A stretch of 61,491 bases of DNA, the filler included, from Catajapyx aquilonaris (Eukaryota), in assembly GCA_000934665.2 (NCBI GenBank). It is 2 parts of 2 records of this genome, joined end to end, with 100 filler letters (N's around TTAATTAATTAA, not from the genome) between each part and the next. Parts side by side here need not be neighbours in the genome. Positions count along the whole stretch, not along the records: positions 1 to 30,638 come from JYFJ02004623.1; positions 30,739 to 61,491 come from JYFJ02004624.1. One strand, 5' to 3'. The notes under the pieces were generated by a model, which had not been told where the DNA came from, did not search any database, and saw only the letters and a list, made by a program, of their open reading frames with translations. The position numbers and the translations under genes were made by a program. Below, piece by piece: positions 26,447 to 39,382 of the stretch. Every line of letters begins with the position of its first letter. Within the stretch, counting starts at the first letter, position 1.

Positions 26447-29400
26447 ATTCGTGTCACGATCGTTTATTGAACATAATTTTTTGCACGTCCATTAATCATC
26501 CGTTTTCCACATGTCTAAACTGTAATGGAAATGTTCACCGAATAAATGGATCCCATCTCAATTTGCGCAGCAGTTATCTTTTGTCCAGACATTAGTAGTG
26601 GCATAGTGACACTTAAGAAAGATTCTTGTTGAGCCAAAATAACCTTGAAATCTTACGAATGCCTTGTCGCAGGTGTTTCGCAATGACAACAAACATCAGA
26701 ATTTCTGATCACAATAATAATGAGAATTTTTATGTTTAGATATCATTTGGCCCTCATGTTAAAGACCTACATTTCATTATATGAATTGGAGCAGTACAAA
26801 ATCATATTTTGAAAAGTACAGCATAATGGTGGCCACATGAGGTATTATAGTTGAGGCGTAGTTCTTCATAGAGCTTTGTACGCTCGAAACAAAATCGAAA
26901 TTCGGTCATCCTCACAGCATATAATGCATAGGTGGGCTATAACCAGCACATATCGTGTTTACCCACCCTCGAGTGAATTTTACCTGCACAAAGGGCCAAC
27001 ACATTGTTTTACGCCTCCGAAACAGGCGCGATTCAGCAGGAGCGAATAGTACAGCGATGCAGCCAGCAGAGGCAGATTGACCCTTACTGAGAGGGGCCAT
27101 TGACCGCCCCTCCCATCAGATACTCCCTTAGAGAACGGGAGCGGAAATTTCACCCAGTTGGCTTTGTGCAAGTTGGGAAAATTATGACAGGGTTCAGTTT
27201 CTGCATATATATTCGGCATATGAAGCAGCATTGCCATATTACTTCTGTGCAGTAATTCACACCCAGTTGACTTCCCTGGACGAATGCGTCTCAGCACAAA
27301 AATGGGGCATCTTTGTTTACGGCAATACGAATGAAACCGCATGAGGAACTGACTTTGATTAACTACAGACAACAGTCTATGATTTGGAGTGCTCCATTAT
27401 CAAGCAGGTAGAATTGCAACGCAATTTGCAAGTGCCCTTCCCCTGTGTTTACCACTCCTGGTGTCAAGAGAAACACTCCGCTTTCAATCAGCCAGATTGT
27501 AAAGGGAAAAAAGTGACGTGATTGCAAATTGGGGTTACCTGAATGAAATTCAGGACAAAAGTGGTAATTTGAAAGTAGTCTTCTTGAATACCGCCCAGCT
27601 CGTTATTTTGAACGAGACTAAAAGCCGGACCTAGGAAGTGTGTTTAGTTCGATGCTGCTACGCAATAATCACTGTAATGGAAAAATGTCGCAGAAGTTTT
27701 ATACTTACTCCTGCGACATATACTACGCAGTGGTCCCCTTTCACGATTCAAGGAAACATTATAATTATTATACCTCTGCATAATTGCGCAGCATATACAT
27801 CTTCCAGGTATAGTAGAAGATAGTAGTGATCACTCACACCTCGAGGCCATTTATACGGTTTTAATTAACTCGAGTTTACAATTTCAGTGCCTTTTTCCAT
27901 TTTTAATGTTAAAAAATGGCTGCTACGCAACACCCGGGTTCCAATTATCAAAGAATAGCTGGAATCGCATGGGACTCGACTTCATTTTAAAACTGTAATT
28001 ACACACGCCTACAGATTAATGGAAATGAGCCGAAGAGGAATCCTTCTGGTGTATAAATGGTTCCGAACTTTCACCCTTGGTATGCGCATTGATCTGCTCC
28101 ATTATTCGTACAATTCCACGGCATGTTTTTGGCGTCATTCAACATTGGCAAACTCATGCTGATCAATGTTTATTCATTGTCAGGCAGTTGTGTATTTATT
28201 TACCGGCAACAAATGTTACTGATGATTGGAATTCTAATTCACGTTGTGGCTATTGGATGGTAAGCAATGGACAGGTTAATGAGTAATTACTATCTGGAAG
28301 TATTGTTGTCCCTTTTGGAAGTGAATCCTGAAGCCGCCTTCCGAAATGCACACATCTGCATCTGCACACATCTTATTTGAGAGTAATTTGCGTAAATGAA
28401 AGTTCATAAGAGAAACAAGATAGTACAACAAGGGTTAGTAAACTGATGTCCCAAATGAATCGTGTGCCTTAAGTAGCTCATTACAGATAACTCACAGAAA
28501 TAATAATCAGATAAGCCATAATGAATGCAGGAAATCCTGAGAGGACGAGGTCATGCCTCGGTTCGTCAGGGGATATTTTGGTATTAGTCCTATTCTCTCT
28601 AACGCCTCTGAGATGAAGCAATAAGCCCGTGGCATTTCCAAAGCTATACTGTAAGCGGATATCCAGAATCATACTTTGTGCGCTCCGTAAAAGTTTTTCG
28701 AGTTGTTAAGTCCTTTTTACTATAGATGTGGCTCATCATTATAATTAATTACTGCTGCAGATATTCGGCTGGATAGTCAACGGCACAGTTCACTACTTAC
28801 CTTTCATCAAAAAGCTTTGCCTTTTTTCAAAGTGTGGAAAAATTCGTCGTAGTAATTTTTTGTTCGGTTCTCTCTTGCGCAGGAATTTGGGAATTTGGTT
28901 TAACTGGAGTGCCTTTATTGCCGCGTTTAACTCAATCTCCTCATCCTTTTATGGCGATGGTAAAGTAGATGCTGATAGTAAAAGCCTGCCGCTGCTTAGT
29001 TCTCATGTAAGGAAGTATGTGGGACAATATTAATTTTAGTTAAATTTATTGCCATAGCTCATTTGCAACCAATTACATTTCTTTCAACGCACCTTCGCAA
29101 TGATGTTTCTTACTGCACCACCCCATCCCTATATGGGAAGACCTATTGCATGAAATAAAATTTCTTGGCCTTCTTTGCCATAAAATGTCTGCACCATTCC
29201 AGCTATCACGCCCCAATCCCTACAACTGCTGCTTTTCTCGTGCCTGATTTCCTCCACTCAAGCTGGAAATGTATATTGTCATGGACAGAGCTACAGCGAC
29301 ATGCAGCATATTCTTTCCTGGGAGGCAGATTTGTCGGTTGTATACAGTAGAATTCGAATAGACTATACAGTAAAATTGCAAGCGGGCAAGTTAATAACTG

Positions 29401-30638
29401 AGTGTCTCTGTGTGGTTTTCCGTTGTCGAAATGAAATGCCCCAAGCAACATTCCGTAATACCCTACAGCATTTATGTGCACTGTATTTGCGTGTGTGAAT
29501 TATTTTTTCATTGCCACTCAGCACTCTCCTGGGCTGACGGTATACTGTGCTGTTTATATGGAGCCATCCAAAGCCTGAGAGCTAGGAGAAATGTCCCACC
29601 TTCACCGTGCCATCCAGACCAGACATGCACTGTACTAAATGACCACCACATAGGCTACTTGCAAAGTCGAAAAAAATAGCATGTGTTATATTCTCGTTAG
29701 ATGAAATTCAATCACAGGTGAATTTACAGCGGCTTACTTGACAAGGGCATGAAAAAAATTTGTCTAACGGTGAGAGACGGGCGAAATGTTTCCAGATCTT
29801 CATTTACAAAATAATATCGGCAACAAAATGCAGGCAGTTTCAGCATTTTAAAAACAATTTAAGTACTTACGACTTACCATCATAATTTTGTCCAATTAAC
29901 AGGTGCGATCAGTTCATGATAATTATGATTCTAAAATATGGTCTGGTGGACAGCAGTAATAATGTAGCATTTCGTCATAATGAGTCACAAGGGACTAAAG
30001 ACTCTATAGTGCTACGATAGTCCAGGACCAAAAATTTCGCCTGCTGTACACTATGTGCAAAATAAATTGTGTAGTTACCACGAGCTTAAATTATCATTTC
30101 ATTCTGAGGTGAATTACTAATATCTTTAAGCACAGCTGGTTGTATATAGCTTTTTTGTTGCCTCAGTTATAGTTTCACGTATCATTTCTCCCGGCTTTTG
30201 TCTCGCAGCAAATGGTCTTCGACGAGGGCTTTGCTGCATTATCGTCGCGGTGTCGGCGTCGCGCGTTTATGACGGCCCTTTTTTCCCTCCTTTTTGAGCA
30301 CATCACGACCACCTGTTGTTGGCAGTCTTATAACTTTGCAAAATGCAGCCACCCAACATGAAGCGGGATCATTTTGGGTCGGCAGCGGGAGATGTAGGAG
30401 TTATTGGGGCTTTTTTTCCTGAAAAACATTGCAACATGTTTGCGTATAGTGTAGAATGGACGTTGAGCATATCAACTGTACAGTGTTGGACATTAATCGC
30501 GTCATACTGCTAGCGACATTTGCTGATACGGCAGACGCGCAGATGGAAGTGATCGAGTGCGAGCCATGCGAATCAGAAGAGGTAGGCCTTGGGTGACGTC
30601 ACCGGCTGGGGGCAATAGAGAAAAGGCTTGTCCCCCAG

Positions 30639-30738
30639 NNNNNNNNNNNNNNNNNNNNNNNNNNNNNNNNNNNNNNNNNNNNTTAATTAATTAANNNNNN
30701 NNNNNNNNNNNNNNNNNNNNNNNNNNNNNNNNNNNNNN
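30639..30738. other. Assembly gap with artificial six-frame-stop linker
   Basis: Exactly 44 N, then TTAATTAATTAA, then 44 N (100 nt). The 12-mer places TAA in all six frames. Confidence 0.95.
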
Positions 30739-30923
30739 TGCGAGCTCACATTTTGCGATGTACAACCTAGCTGCCAGGTCGCAATTTGCGAGGTCCTGCG
30801 ACCTCGCCACGAGGTCGCGAGAATTTTGGTAAGGGATAGGCTAATAACATATATCATAACCATAACCATAACCATAACATAATAACAACATATATCTCTA
30901 GCTCAACCGACTTCCGTTTTCAG

Positions 30924-31032
30924 GAATACTCCAAGGAATGATTATGCTGCACAGGAGGCAAATATCATTGTAGAGCATCGTCTTTTGCTTCATTGGACAC
31001 GCCTTTAAACCTGGAGATAATTTGAACAAGAG
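30924..31032 (+). other. Putative 5'UTR exon A of TRPA copy 1
   Basis: Acceptor TTTTCAG and donor AG|GTAATT; homologous to 39006-39088 and 47512-47644 with conserved splice sites. Confidence 0.55.
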
Positions 31033-31261
31033 GTAATTATATTGCGAAAACATAATATCTAATCGGCAGTGACAGCCACGAGGTTGATGATGAGGAATAT
31101 GATGTATATAATATTATCTGAATACACGCAAACTGGGAAACTTTTTTCTTGCCTTATAATTCTTATCAGTCGTTATTTACACTCTCCGCTATGACGCAGT
31201 AATGTTGTAACATGGTAATGCAAGTTTCGCTCAAAATTGATATCAATTTTGTTACCTGCAG

Positions 31262-31336
31262 GTTGTTGGACGGGCTGAAATGTAGAAGACAATCATATCG
31301 GACGCCAGAGACCAAGTAAACTCGAGTAAACTGTAG
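31262..31336 (+). other. Putative 5'UTR exon B of TRPA copy 1
   Basis: Acceptor TTTTGTTACCTGCAG and donor AG|GTAAGT; a homologue with the same splice sites lies at 38260-38339. Confidence 0.5.
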
Positions 31337-31529
31337 GTAAGTGCATGGAGGAAAAATCAGAAATTTTGAGTTTGAATACCTGGCTATTGCCAACACAAAA
31401 TTTTGTTAGTACACTCTCAAGCTGTACACAAAAATAATAATGTTAATCATGCTACTTATGCATTCACATGGGGATAAATTCTACTTAGTAATTAGTAATT
31501 AATTCCAATTAAAGGTGTACCATCCGAGT

Positions 31530-34500
31530 ATGAAAATGGATCATTACAATCAACAGCAGGAGCGTATAGGCCTAAATATTCCGAATGACGAGACACCCAT
31601 AACACCTGGTGCCAATCAAGAAAGGACAGAATGTGGTGAGCCCGTGACCATGGCAGAGACAGGCCCAGAAGAAGATGAGATAAAAACAGTCATCACCAGA
31701 GCAAAAAGGCTCTTAGATCAAGAACCTAGAGACATCGAGAAAATGTCTCGAATGTTGTTTGAAGTCATTAGAGTGGCGGATGAACCAGAACTAGTGGAGA
31801 GGTTCCTCACAGTCAAGTATGGAGTCGATGTTAATGCTCGAGGTGACAAGGGATGGACACTGCTCCATGAAGCAAGTAATTTCTCTTGTGACAAAACACT
31901 AGGCAAGTTGCTGGAGAGGAAAGCCAGTGTGACTGTCACAGACGATGAAGGTGGCACAGCACTTCATTACGTCCGGACTAAGGAAAGTGCCATGCTGTTG
32001 ATTGGTGCAGGCGCGTCTGTCCATTCGAAGAACCTACACGGTGAAACACCGATTTTTGTTGCTGCGCGATCAAAGAATGTCGATGTTGCAAAGGTCTACC
32101 TGGATGTAGATGCGTTATGTGCCAATGGCGTGAACAAAAACGGCATGACTTCACGTTGCTGGGAAGGAATGTAGGAGATGGAAAGGTGAAAGGCAAAAGG
32201 ATTTGGGAGAAGAAGGGGAAACAAAGGAACAAGAGAGATTGAAACGGGAAGATGAGAGAGAAAGGCAAGAAAAAGAGAAGGAAACTGGCATGATAGACTT
32301 ACTCTTGGGGACACATTCTACTGGAGGAAAATACTGCTGCAGAAACATGTCTGCTATTCAGAATGAGGCTGGAAATACTCCAGTACATCTGGCTGCTGCA
32401 TTAGGAAGGAAGGACATCCTCGAGAAACTTCTGTTGTCCAACGCAACAAACTATTACAAAGCTCTGTGGACTCACAGCAATTCAGGAAGGACACCTCTAC
32501 ATCTAGCCGCAATAAGTGGCAATTTGGACCTTCTGGATTTGTGGGAGAAATGTCCTCGTCCTTTCGTCATGGCCAAAAAATATCGGTGGTTAGAAGCCAG
32601 GTTTGGCATTAGCTTTAATATGCATTCCCTCACTAGTCATGAAGAAGACATTGCGTCTCGTTTGGCAGGATGGAGAGAGGAAAAGGAATTATACGATCGC
32701 CTGATACAGGAAAATAATTCTAAATGTACTGAGTTGAAAGTTAAGTTAACTGCATTGGATGTTGATGTGGTGACTGAGTTGAACAGTGCGTTTGTAACTG
32801 AGTTGCTAACTGAGTTGAAAACAGCGTTGAAAACGAAGATAACTGGGTTGCAGCTTGAGGTTGCAAATGATTTGCTGAGTGAGTTGAACATCGAGTTGTT
32901 AACTAAGTCAACCGAGTGGAGGTCATCTAGAAATGAGGTCATTAAGTCAATTCGCAGCGTATGGTATGCAGGCAAAGATTTGGAAGGAAACACTGCTCTT
33001 CACATGGCAGTCAGACACTGTCAGAAGGATATGGCGTTGGAGCTTCTGTCAAGAGGCATGAAGGACATTCCAAATAAGCATGGTGACCGGGCCTTACACG
33101 TGGCGGTCACTGAAGGACACTTGGACGTCATGGAAGGATTGTTGGATGTCCAGGTTGGGACTGACTACCAGTACCGCCATAATGCTCGTAATAGAGAAGG
33201 ATGCACCCCTCTCCACATTGCAGCCCGATATGGGAGAAATGACATTGTGGAAGTCCTTCTAAGACTGGAAAACGTCATGATAAACGCAAAGAATTGGAAA
33301 GGGGAGACACCACTCCACGAAGCGGTGGTCAACAAGCACGAAGATGTCGTCAGAATTCTCATTCAGCACTGGGGAGATTTGGAGTGCAGAGTGGAAGATT
33401 TCTCGACTGGAGATCTCATCAAGAAACAATTTCCGGGACTGCTAGATTCGATCACACAACACAGTTTTGATAGACTCTGTCCACCATATGACTTGACCGC
33501 AGCACTTTATACAGAAAGGCCAGATGTATTAAAAGAAATACTGGAAACAAGGAAAAAACAACTGTCAAATAAAAAACGACGGGTGGACGTAGAAGAACAA
33601 TTGGTCAAGGTAGAACAACAACTGATAGAGGGAAAACGTCAACTGGAAAAGGAAGCGGAACTACAGGAAGAGGAGGAACGACTGAAAAAGCAAAAAGAAC
33701 TACAGGAGAAGGAAGAACAATTAGAAAAGGAAAAGGAACTACTGAGGAAGAAGATGCACCAACAAGAGAGAGAAGATTCCGAGAGATATCTTCTTGAACG
33801 AGCATGTGTCCTTGGACTTGAAAATTGTGCAGAGGAACTTCGCTGCAGCTCACACATTATTAAAAATGTTTACGAAAGGGGTAACAAATGGTTGATTCAA
33901 GCAGCAACATGGGGACGACTTGACATTTGGATGAGGCACAAAACCAGTCTGACAGATCTGAGAACCAATCAAAAAGAATGTGTGCTCCATCTTCTCGCTA
34001 AGGGAATTGACAAGATAGACACAGACGTTGTTGAATGTTGTTCTCAGGTGAACGAAAATAGTCAGACCCAAAGGTATGACGCCTGTATCGTAGAATTGCT
34101 GAAATATTTCGAGATAGACGAATCTACTAATCACTTGATCAACTCTGAAGACACTGAGGGAAGGACTCCTCTCCACTACTGCATTAAAAACCGAAGTGAA
34201 GACACCACTGTTGAGATGCTCTTGCACGGGGCCGATCCATGGATTGTAGATAAGGACACAGGCCAGCCACTGATAAATAACATTTCGGAATCAACATTGA
34301 ATAAATATTTCGACAGATGCATTAGACTGAGATCCAAATCATGCGACAACAACCAGAAAGCCCTGTTTAACTACCAGTTAATGAGGCCAACAAGAAATGC
34401 GACTGAATTCGAAATTCTCAAATATTTCAGCCAGACCAAGAAGCACGAGACTCTCCTGAATCATCCAGTTCTGTCTACGTTTCTCTACTTCAAATGGAAG

Positions 34501-35715
34501 AGTGTTCAGTGGTTGTTCTGGGCTAATTTTATCATACAATTTATATTTGTCGTGGTTTGGACAATTTACGTAACTCGGTCATCTTCGCCTGAAGACGATC
34601 ATTTTGTCAAAATACCTGCCATGGTGTGTGTGATTGCTTCCTCTTTTTGGCGTGAATTAGCATTCAGAGAATTGCGCCATATGGTACTAATTAAACGTTT
34701 TTATCGGTCCATAAGTGCCTTTGAATTTGGTATATTTGTACAATTTCCCTTACTATGGGTTAGCCTCTCATTGCCTCCCAGGTTAACATATCAAAACCTG
34801 GTAATAGTCACATTATATATTTGGTTGGAGCTTGTACTCATGATAGGCAGGCTCCCTAGCAAGCAAGGCATTACTGTAAAAATGTTTTGCTTTGTAGCAA
34901 AAAGATACGCTCATGGTATCCTGCCATTTATTTTCATGATTGCTGGCTTTTTCTTCGCTTTCCACCTCTTGGACCGTTTGCACACTGCCGGGTCCATATT
35001 CTCAACTGTGAATGGATCACTCACACTGATGGCTTCTCTCATTCTTGGGACAAAAGACTTTAAGGACTTGCCATTTGCTAATATGACGATATTTGGCCAA
35101 GTCATGTACATATCCTTCTTTATCATGGTTGTTTTAGTTTTGATGATTCTTGTTGCCCTCGCCGTCAACGAGACCCAGTCTATCATAAATGAGACAGAAC
35201 TTCATAGCAATAGATCAATGATTGAACTAATTTGTCATGTTGAATCCATCATTCGCTCCCTTGACCTTTTAAAAAATGCCTTTTCACGTCCATCAAGTAG
35301 CATAGAGATGTTTTTCAAGCTATTCGAGGAGCTGAATTTCGTGCTCATCCTCTCCGACAAATTTCATGGAGATGTGGTGGTGGATCTGTCCCCTGGAAAG
35401 GTTGTCCTTGAAATGGCAGATGGAGACGAGCCTAACTTTACTTGGAACCTGCCTCTCGAGAAATTGGAACCGCTGAAAAAATGCGTGAATAGAAATGGAG
35501 AAGGAAGCGATGTCATTTGCGTGAGTAGGCCTGCTGGTGAATCAGATGGAGATGACCGAAACTCGAAATTGCAGTTTTCAATAAAGCAGTTGAAGGATAA
35601 CTTGAGTAAAGAGACATTAGCACTGAAACAAGACATGTTAGAACTAAAACACAGTATTAGGGTGTTAACAGAAGCTGTAATGGCCATAAATGAGAAAAAT
35701 GTTTTTCCTAAGTGA
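31530..35715 (+). pseudogene. TRPA-family (painless-like) channel, copy 1; single coding exon, frameshifted
   Basis: ORFs 31515-32174 and 32203-35715 are the N- and C-terminal parts of one protein. Relative to copies 2 and 3 (ATGACTGTACTTCAC), 5 nt are missing at 32150/32151 (ATGACTTCAC). It has ankyrin repeats, LLNHPVLSTFLYFKW and a multi-pass TM region. It could instead be an assembly error or a null allele. Confidence 0.75.
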
Positions 35716-37576
35716 AGAAGAGTCTATACAATAACATATTAAAGCACTTACATGTGCTAGAGCAGGGGTGATAGCCTACATGAAAATAAATTATGACTAA
35801 AATTAATTCTTACATCGTCCTATACTCCCAATCCACATCAGCACGGTTTTTTTCCGCAGTATCATCCAGCCTGTTCCACCCCCCCCCCCCCAAAAAAAAA
35901 AACACTAACCTCTCAAAATAGCATTTTTCAAACGTAACGTGGCTTGGTATTTAAGGAAGAAAACATTTGCTATCCTATGTCAAGAATTGGCCCGAATTCG
36001 TCACGCCCTATGCTCAACAATGATGTATTCAGTAGGACCCAAATTAGACGTATTATCTTCACTTTCAGTTTTTGCTTCCACAATCAGCACCGGCAACACT
36101 TTTGGAACTCTCTGTATCCAGTATAACTGGAGGTAAGTCCTCAAGGCTGTATCAGACATTTTGAGTTCCATTTACCGCATGTTTCAAATGACAAAATGTT
36201 ATGAGAAAACTGTAGCTATCAACGGGATTTTAAAATTTATACATGGTTAACTATCTTCCTATATGTACATTTAAGTGTTTATGGGACTTTCCAACAATTA
36301 AGGTTCCCAAGCCCTTACACTGAACTACTAAAAGCAATACACAAAATCAACTACAACAATAAATATATTTTAAAACATTGGTAATCATGCGTCGAGCTTC
36401 CGCAGTCAAGTCATCGAGTCAACCAGTCCACGAACCTCCAGTCATTAAACAATCAGGCCACCAGTCATCCAAAAAAGTACATTTTGATGTGTAATCATAT
36501 GCCGTAATATACGAGTCAGAATGGAGGAATAGTTAGACTGTGGAGAGAATGAATTCACACTGTTCATTGATATTAATTTCTTGTGTTAATCAAATTAAAG
36601 ACAAATCCGAGAGTTTATTTTGATGTAATCATATAACATCAAGTGATGTATTCTTTTAATTTCCAATGGTAGTCGTGTCTTTGGTACTGATGAACTTCCT
36701 TATCTTTCACTGCCACAGATAATTTTTGTATTTCTTAGCCAAATGGTAATTTGCTGTTATAAATTTTTGAATAAACATAGATTAAAATGTTTTCCCCTCT
36801 AGTCAGTTCATAACTTCATTGATGTGTCTGTGTCAGCCTGATCCCCAAATACTGATGTGTAGGCAGGCAGCACCCTTTTCATACACTGGGTTGCATCCAA
36901 CATACACAATCATCACGGCATAGTCCCATGATGAGGTATAGTCAGCGATGACCAGGTCATACCCAGCCATCTCAATCGACCAATACATGAGAATCCTCTG
37001 ATAACTGGTCAGTGTCATGATATGTCTCGTTTTAATTATGTGCGCCCTGAAGTGGTAAAACATCTCACAAATACTACCCGTGAAAAGGATCCGAACAGTG
37101 GAAAATCGCCCGCCTTGGTTCGTGACTTTTTTTCTTGGTTCGTTACGGAGAGTTTTGTTGCGCTACGATGCAAAGAAAAGCAGATATCGGTACGTCAAGG
37201 GGACCAATGGATTCCTCACACTTTTCTTCTCTAGAGCATCTCTACACTGCCATCACAATCACTTAGAATTCGCAGACATACGCAAAGTTTTCGGCTTATA
37301 TTCCTATACTAATTAATGAAACTATCCACGAAAATGCAACATTATCTCACCCATAACTTAGACAGAACCCCAAAAAATTCGTCTTTTTCTTGTGCCGTCT
37401 TGTTCTTGCCATGTACATACCAGAAGTGTGTTTTTGACCTTTTCTGCAAGCTTAGATCAGTGACAGGTGGGAAAATCACCCTGCTCCAGTTACCTCGCGT
37501 GGAATATAAATCTGATTAATCAAAACCGGTATATTATTTTCCACATAGAGGCCAAGAAAATGGTCATGTATAGACT

Positions 37577-37726
37577 AAGTTATAACCGAGGTGAGCTGAA
37601 AATGAGTCTGCAATATCAAGAGTAAAAATACACAGGGTCTTATGAAAATATGGCGTGACCGGCCTTTCGAGACTGTTATAACCGAAAGTCCCTTATAGCT
37701 GAGGCTGTTATATCCGGATTCCACTG
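37577..37726. mobile_element. Partial MITE of the 25631 family
   Basis: Ends GTTATATCCGGATTCCACTG-TA with GTTATAACCGA subrepeats; a paralogous copy ends at 45350. Confidence 0.6.
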
Positions 37727-39005
37727 TAGGCTATAATCATATTGACATGACACGAGCTATTTATTAAATCACTGCTCTATTTAATAGGAGACATTTGTAA
37801 CTCTACAAATTAATATTATTTGAATCTGGACAAGATACGCCCATTGCAACTGTGGCCACTGTCTCTAACAGTCAGAAGTACCGTAACTGATACATTATAA
37901 TTATGGTCCCATTTCATTACCAAAGTACGCGTATGTGACCAATAATTATGGTCTATACTCTTCGGGGATTTCCCTCGCCCTTCTGAGACCTCTGGGCATG
38001 CATCCAAGTGTTGGAACATTTTATGGCCATGTTTTCATTTACACCAGTAGTGTCGGACAAAATTAGAAAACCGCAATTTAGAGAGCAGGGAGGTCAAGAT
38101 TATTATGATAGTCAAGAACTGATAAGACAGGACATGTTAAACTTTTTCCTTGTATATTACCAGTCGTTATTGACTGTATCTACTGTGCTGCAGCAATAAC
38201 AGAGGTAACATTGAGGTATATAAGTTTAGCTAGAAATTGATGACTTTTGTTACCTGCAGGTTGTGAAACGAGCTGAAATGTAGCAGCTACATCCGACGTT
38301 ACTGTAGGTCAAAGACACAGCATATAGTTGAGACTGTAGGTAAGTTGAGGCGAATATTATGGCATTTTGAGTTGGATTTAGGTAGAAGGTATTGCCAATG
38401 ACAATTATTTTGTGAGGTAATGGTATCGGGAGTTGGTGCATCGCACGTCCAAAAATTGGTTCTTGGAGGAACTGGGGATGTCACACCCGTGTTGCCAGTA
38501 CATTCGGCTCCAGGAAGATTCTCTTGATATTACGTGCCCATCCGCCTACCTGTGAGACCCCTGTACTTTTGGCCCCCAAAAAATTGCAAATCATTTTCGT
38601 ATAGCCCTCGTAGATGGTTTATAGTCCTGCGGGTTATTGAAAATGTGCACTTCGTGTCAAAAGCAATTTTAAATAATGCAGACACACAGTCAGATTATAG
38701 CTCAATTGGGTCATCAGCTCACTCAGCTGCAAAATTCATTTATTTGAAGATGAAATGTTGTAAAGGACTTGGGCTCCTTATGTAAAAGTTGCGCAGATGG
38801 ATTATGCTGAAACTTGATCAGTTCATGAAGCTCGACCCCAGGGTCAAATGTTGTAAGTTGATGCAATAGTATATCACCATTTACAGCACCGGGACGGATA
38901 TTATATGCAATGACCTATAAGTGTAGGTGTAATATTCATGACAATAAGACTATACTAAGATATGAGTAGAAGTACATTTTCAGCTCAACTGATTTCCATT
39001 TCTAG

Positions 39006-39088
39006 GTATAGAGTCGCAATGAAGAGTAGAGCGCCATCTCCGGTTAAATTGGACACACCTTTAAATCTACAGTTTATTTGACCACAAG
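39006..39088 (+). other. Putative 5'UTR exon A of TRPA copy 2
   Basis: TTTCTAG acceptor and AAG|GTAGGT donor; the next acceptor is at 39359, just before ATG 39383. Confidence 0.55.
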
Positions 39089-39382
39089 GTAGGTAAAGGT
39101 CCTGCTTCATGCATTAGGAACTGAATCAGCACTTTCAAATTGTAAGATATATTACGTATTACAATCATCAGATCGAATGCTGTTGTGATTTCAAGTCCAC
39201 AATGTACTCGTGAGTCAAGGAATTTAGCCACATATTTCGCTGTTTTAACAGAAAAAGAGTGACAGCAGTATACATACAGCAACCATAGTTTCAGTTTTAG
39301 TACAAGTGTGTTTTGCTAAAAAATTAGAATTACTTAAAAGCAGTTAATTCAATTCACAGGGATACCATCCGAATATACGACG

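Noticed and set aside
30606..30638. Hairpin CTGGGGGCAA...TTGTCCCCCAG at the contig end
   Set aside because: It is short and its context is lost in the gap, so no function can be supported.
36833..37063. 76-aa minus ORF between TRPA copies 1 and 2
   Set aside because: It has no recognisable homology or convincing splice context.
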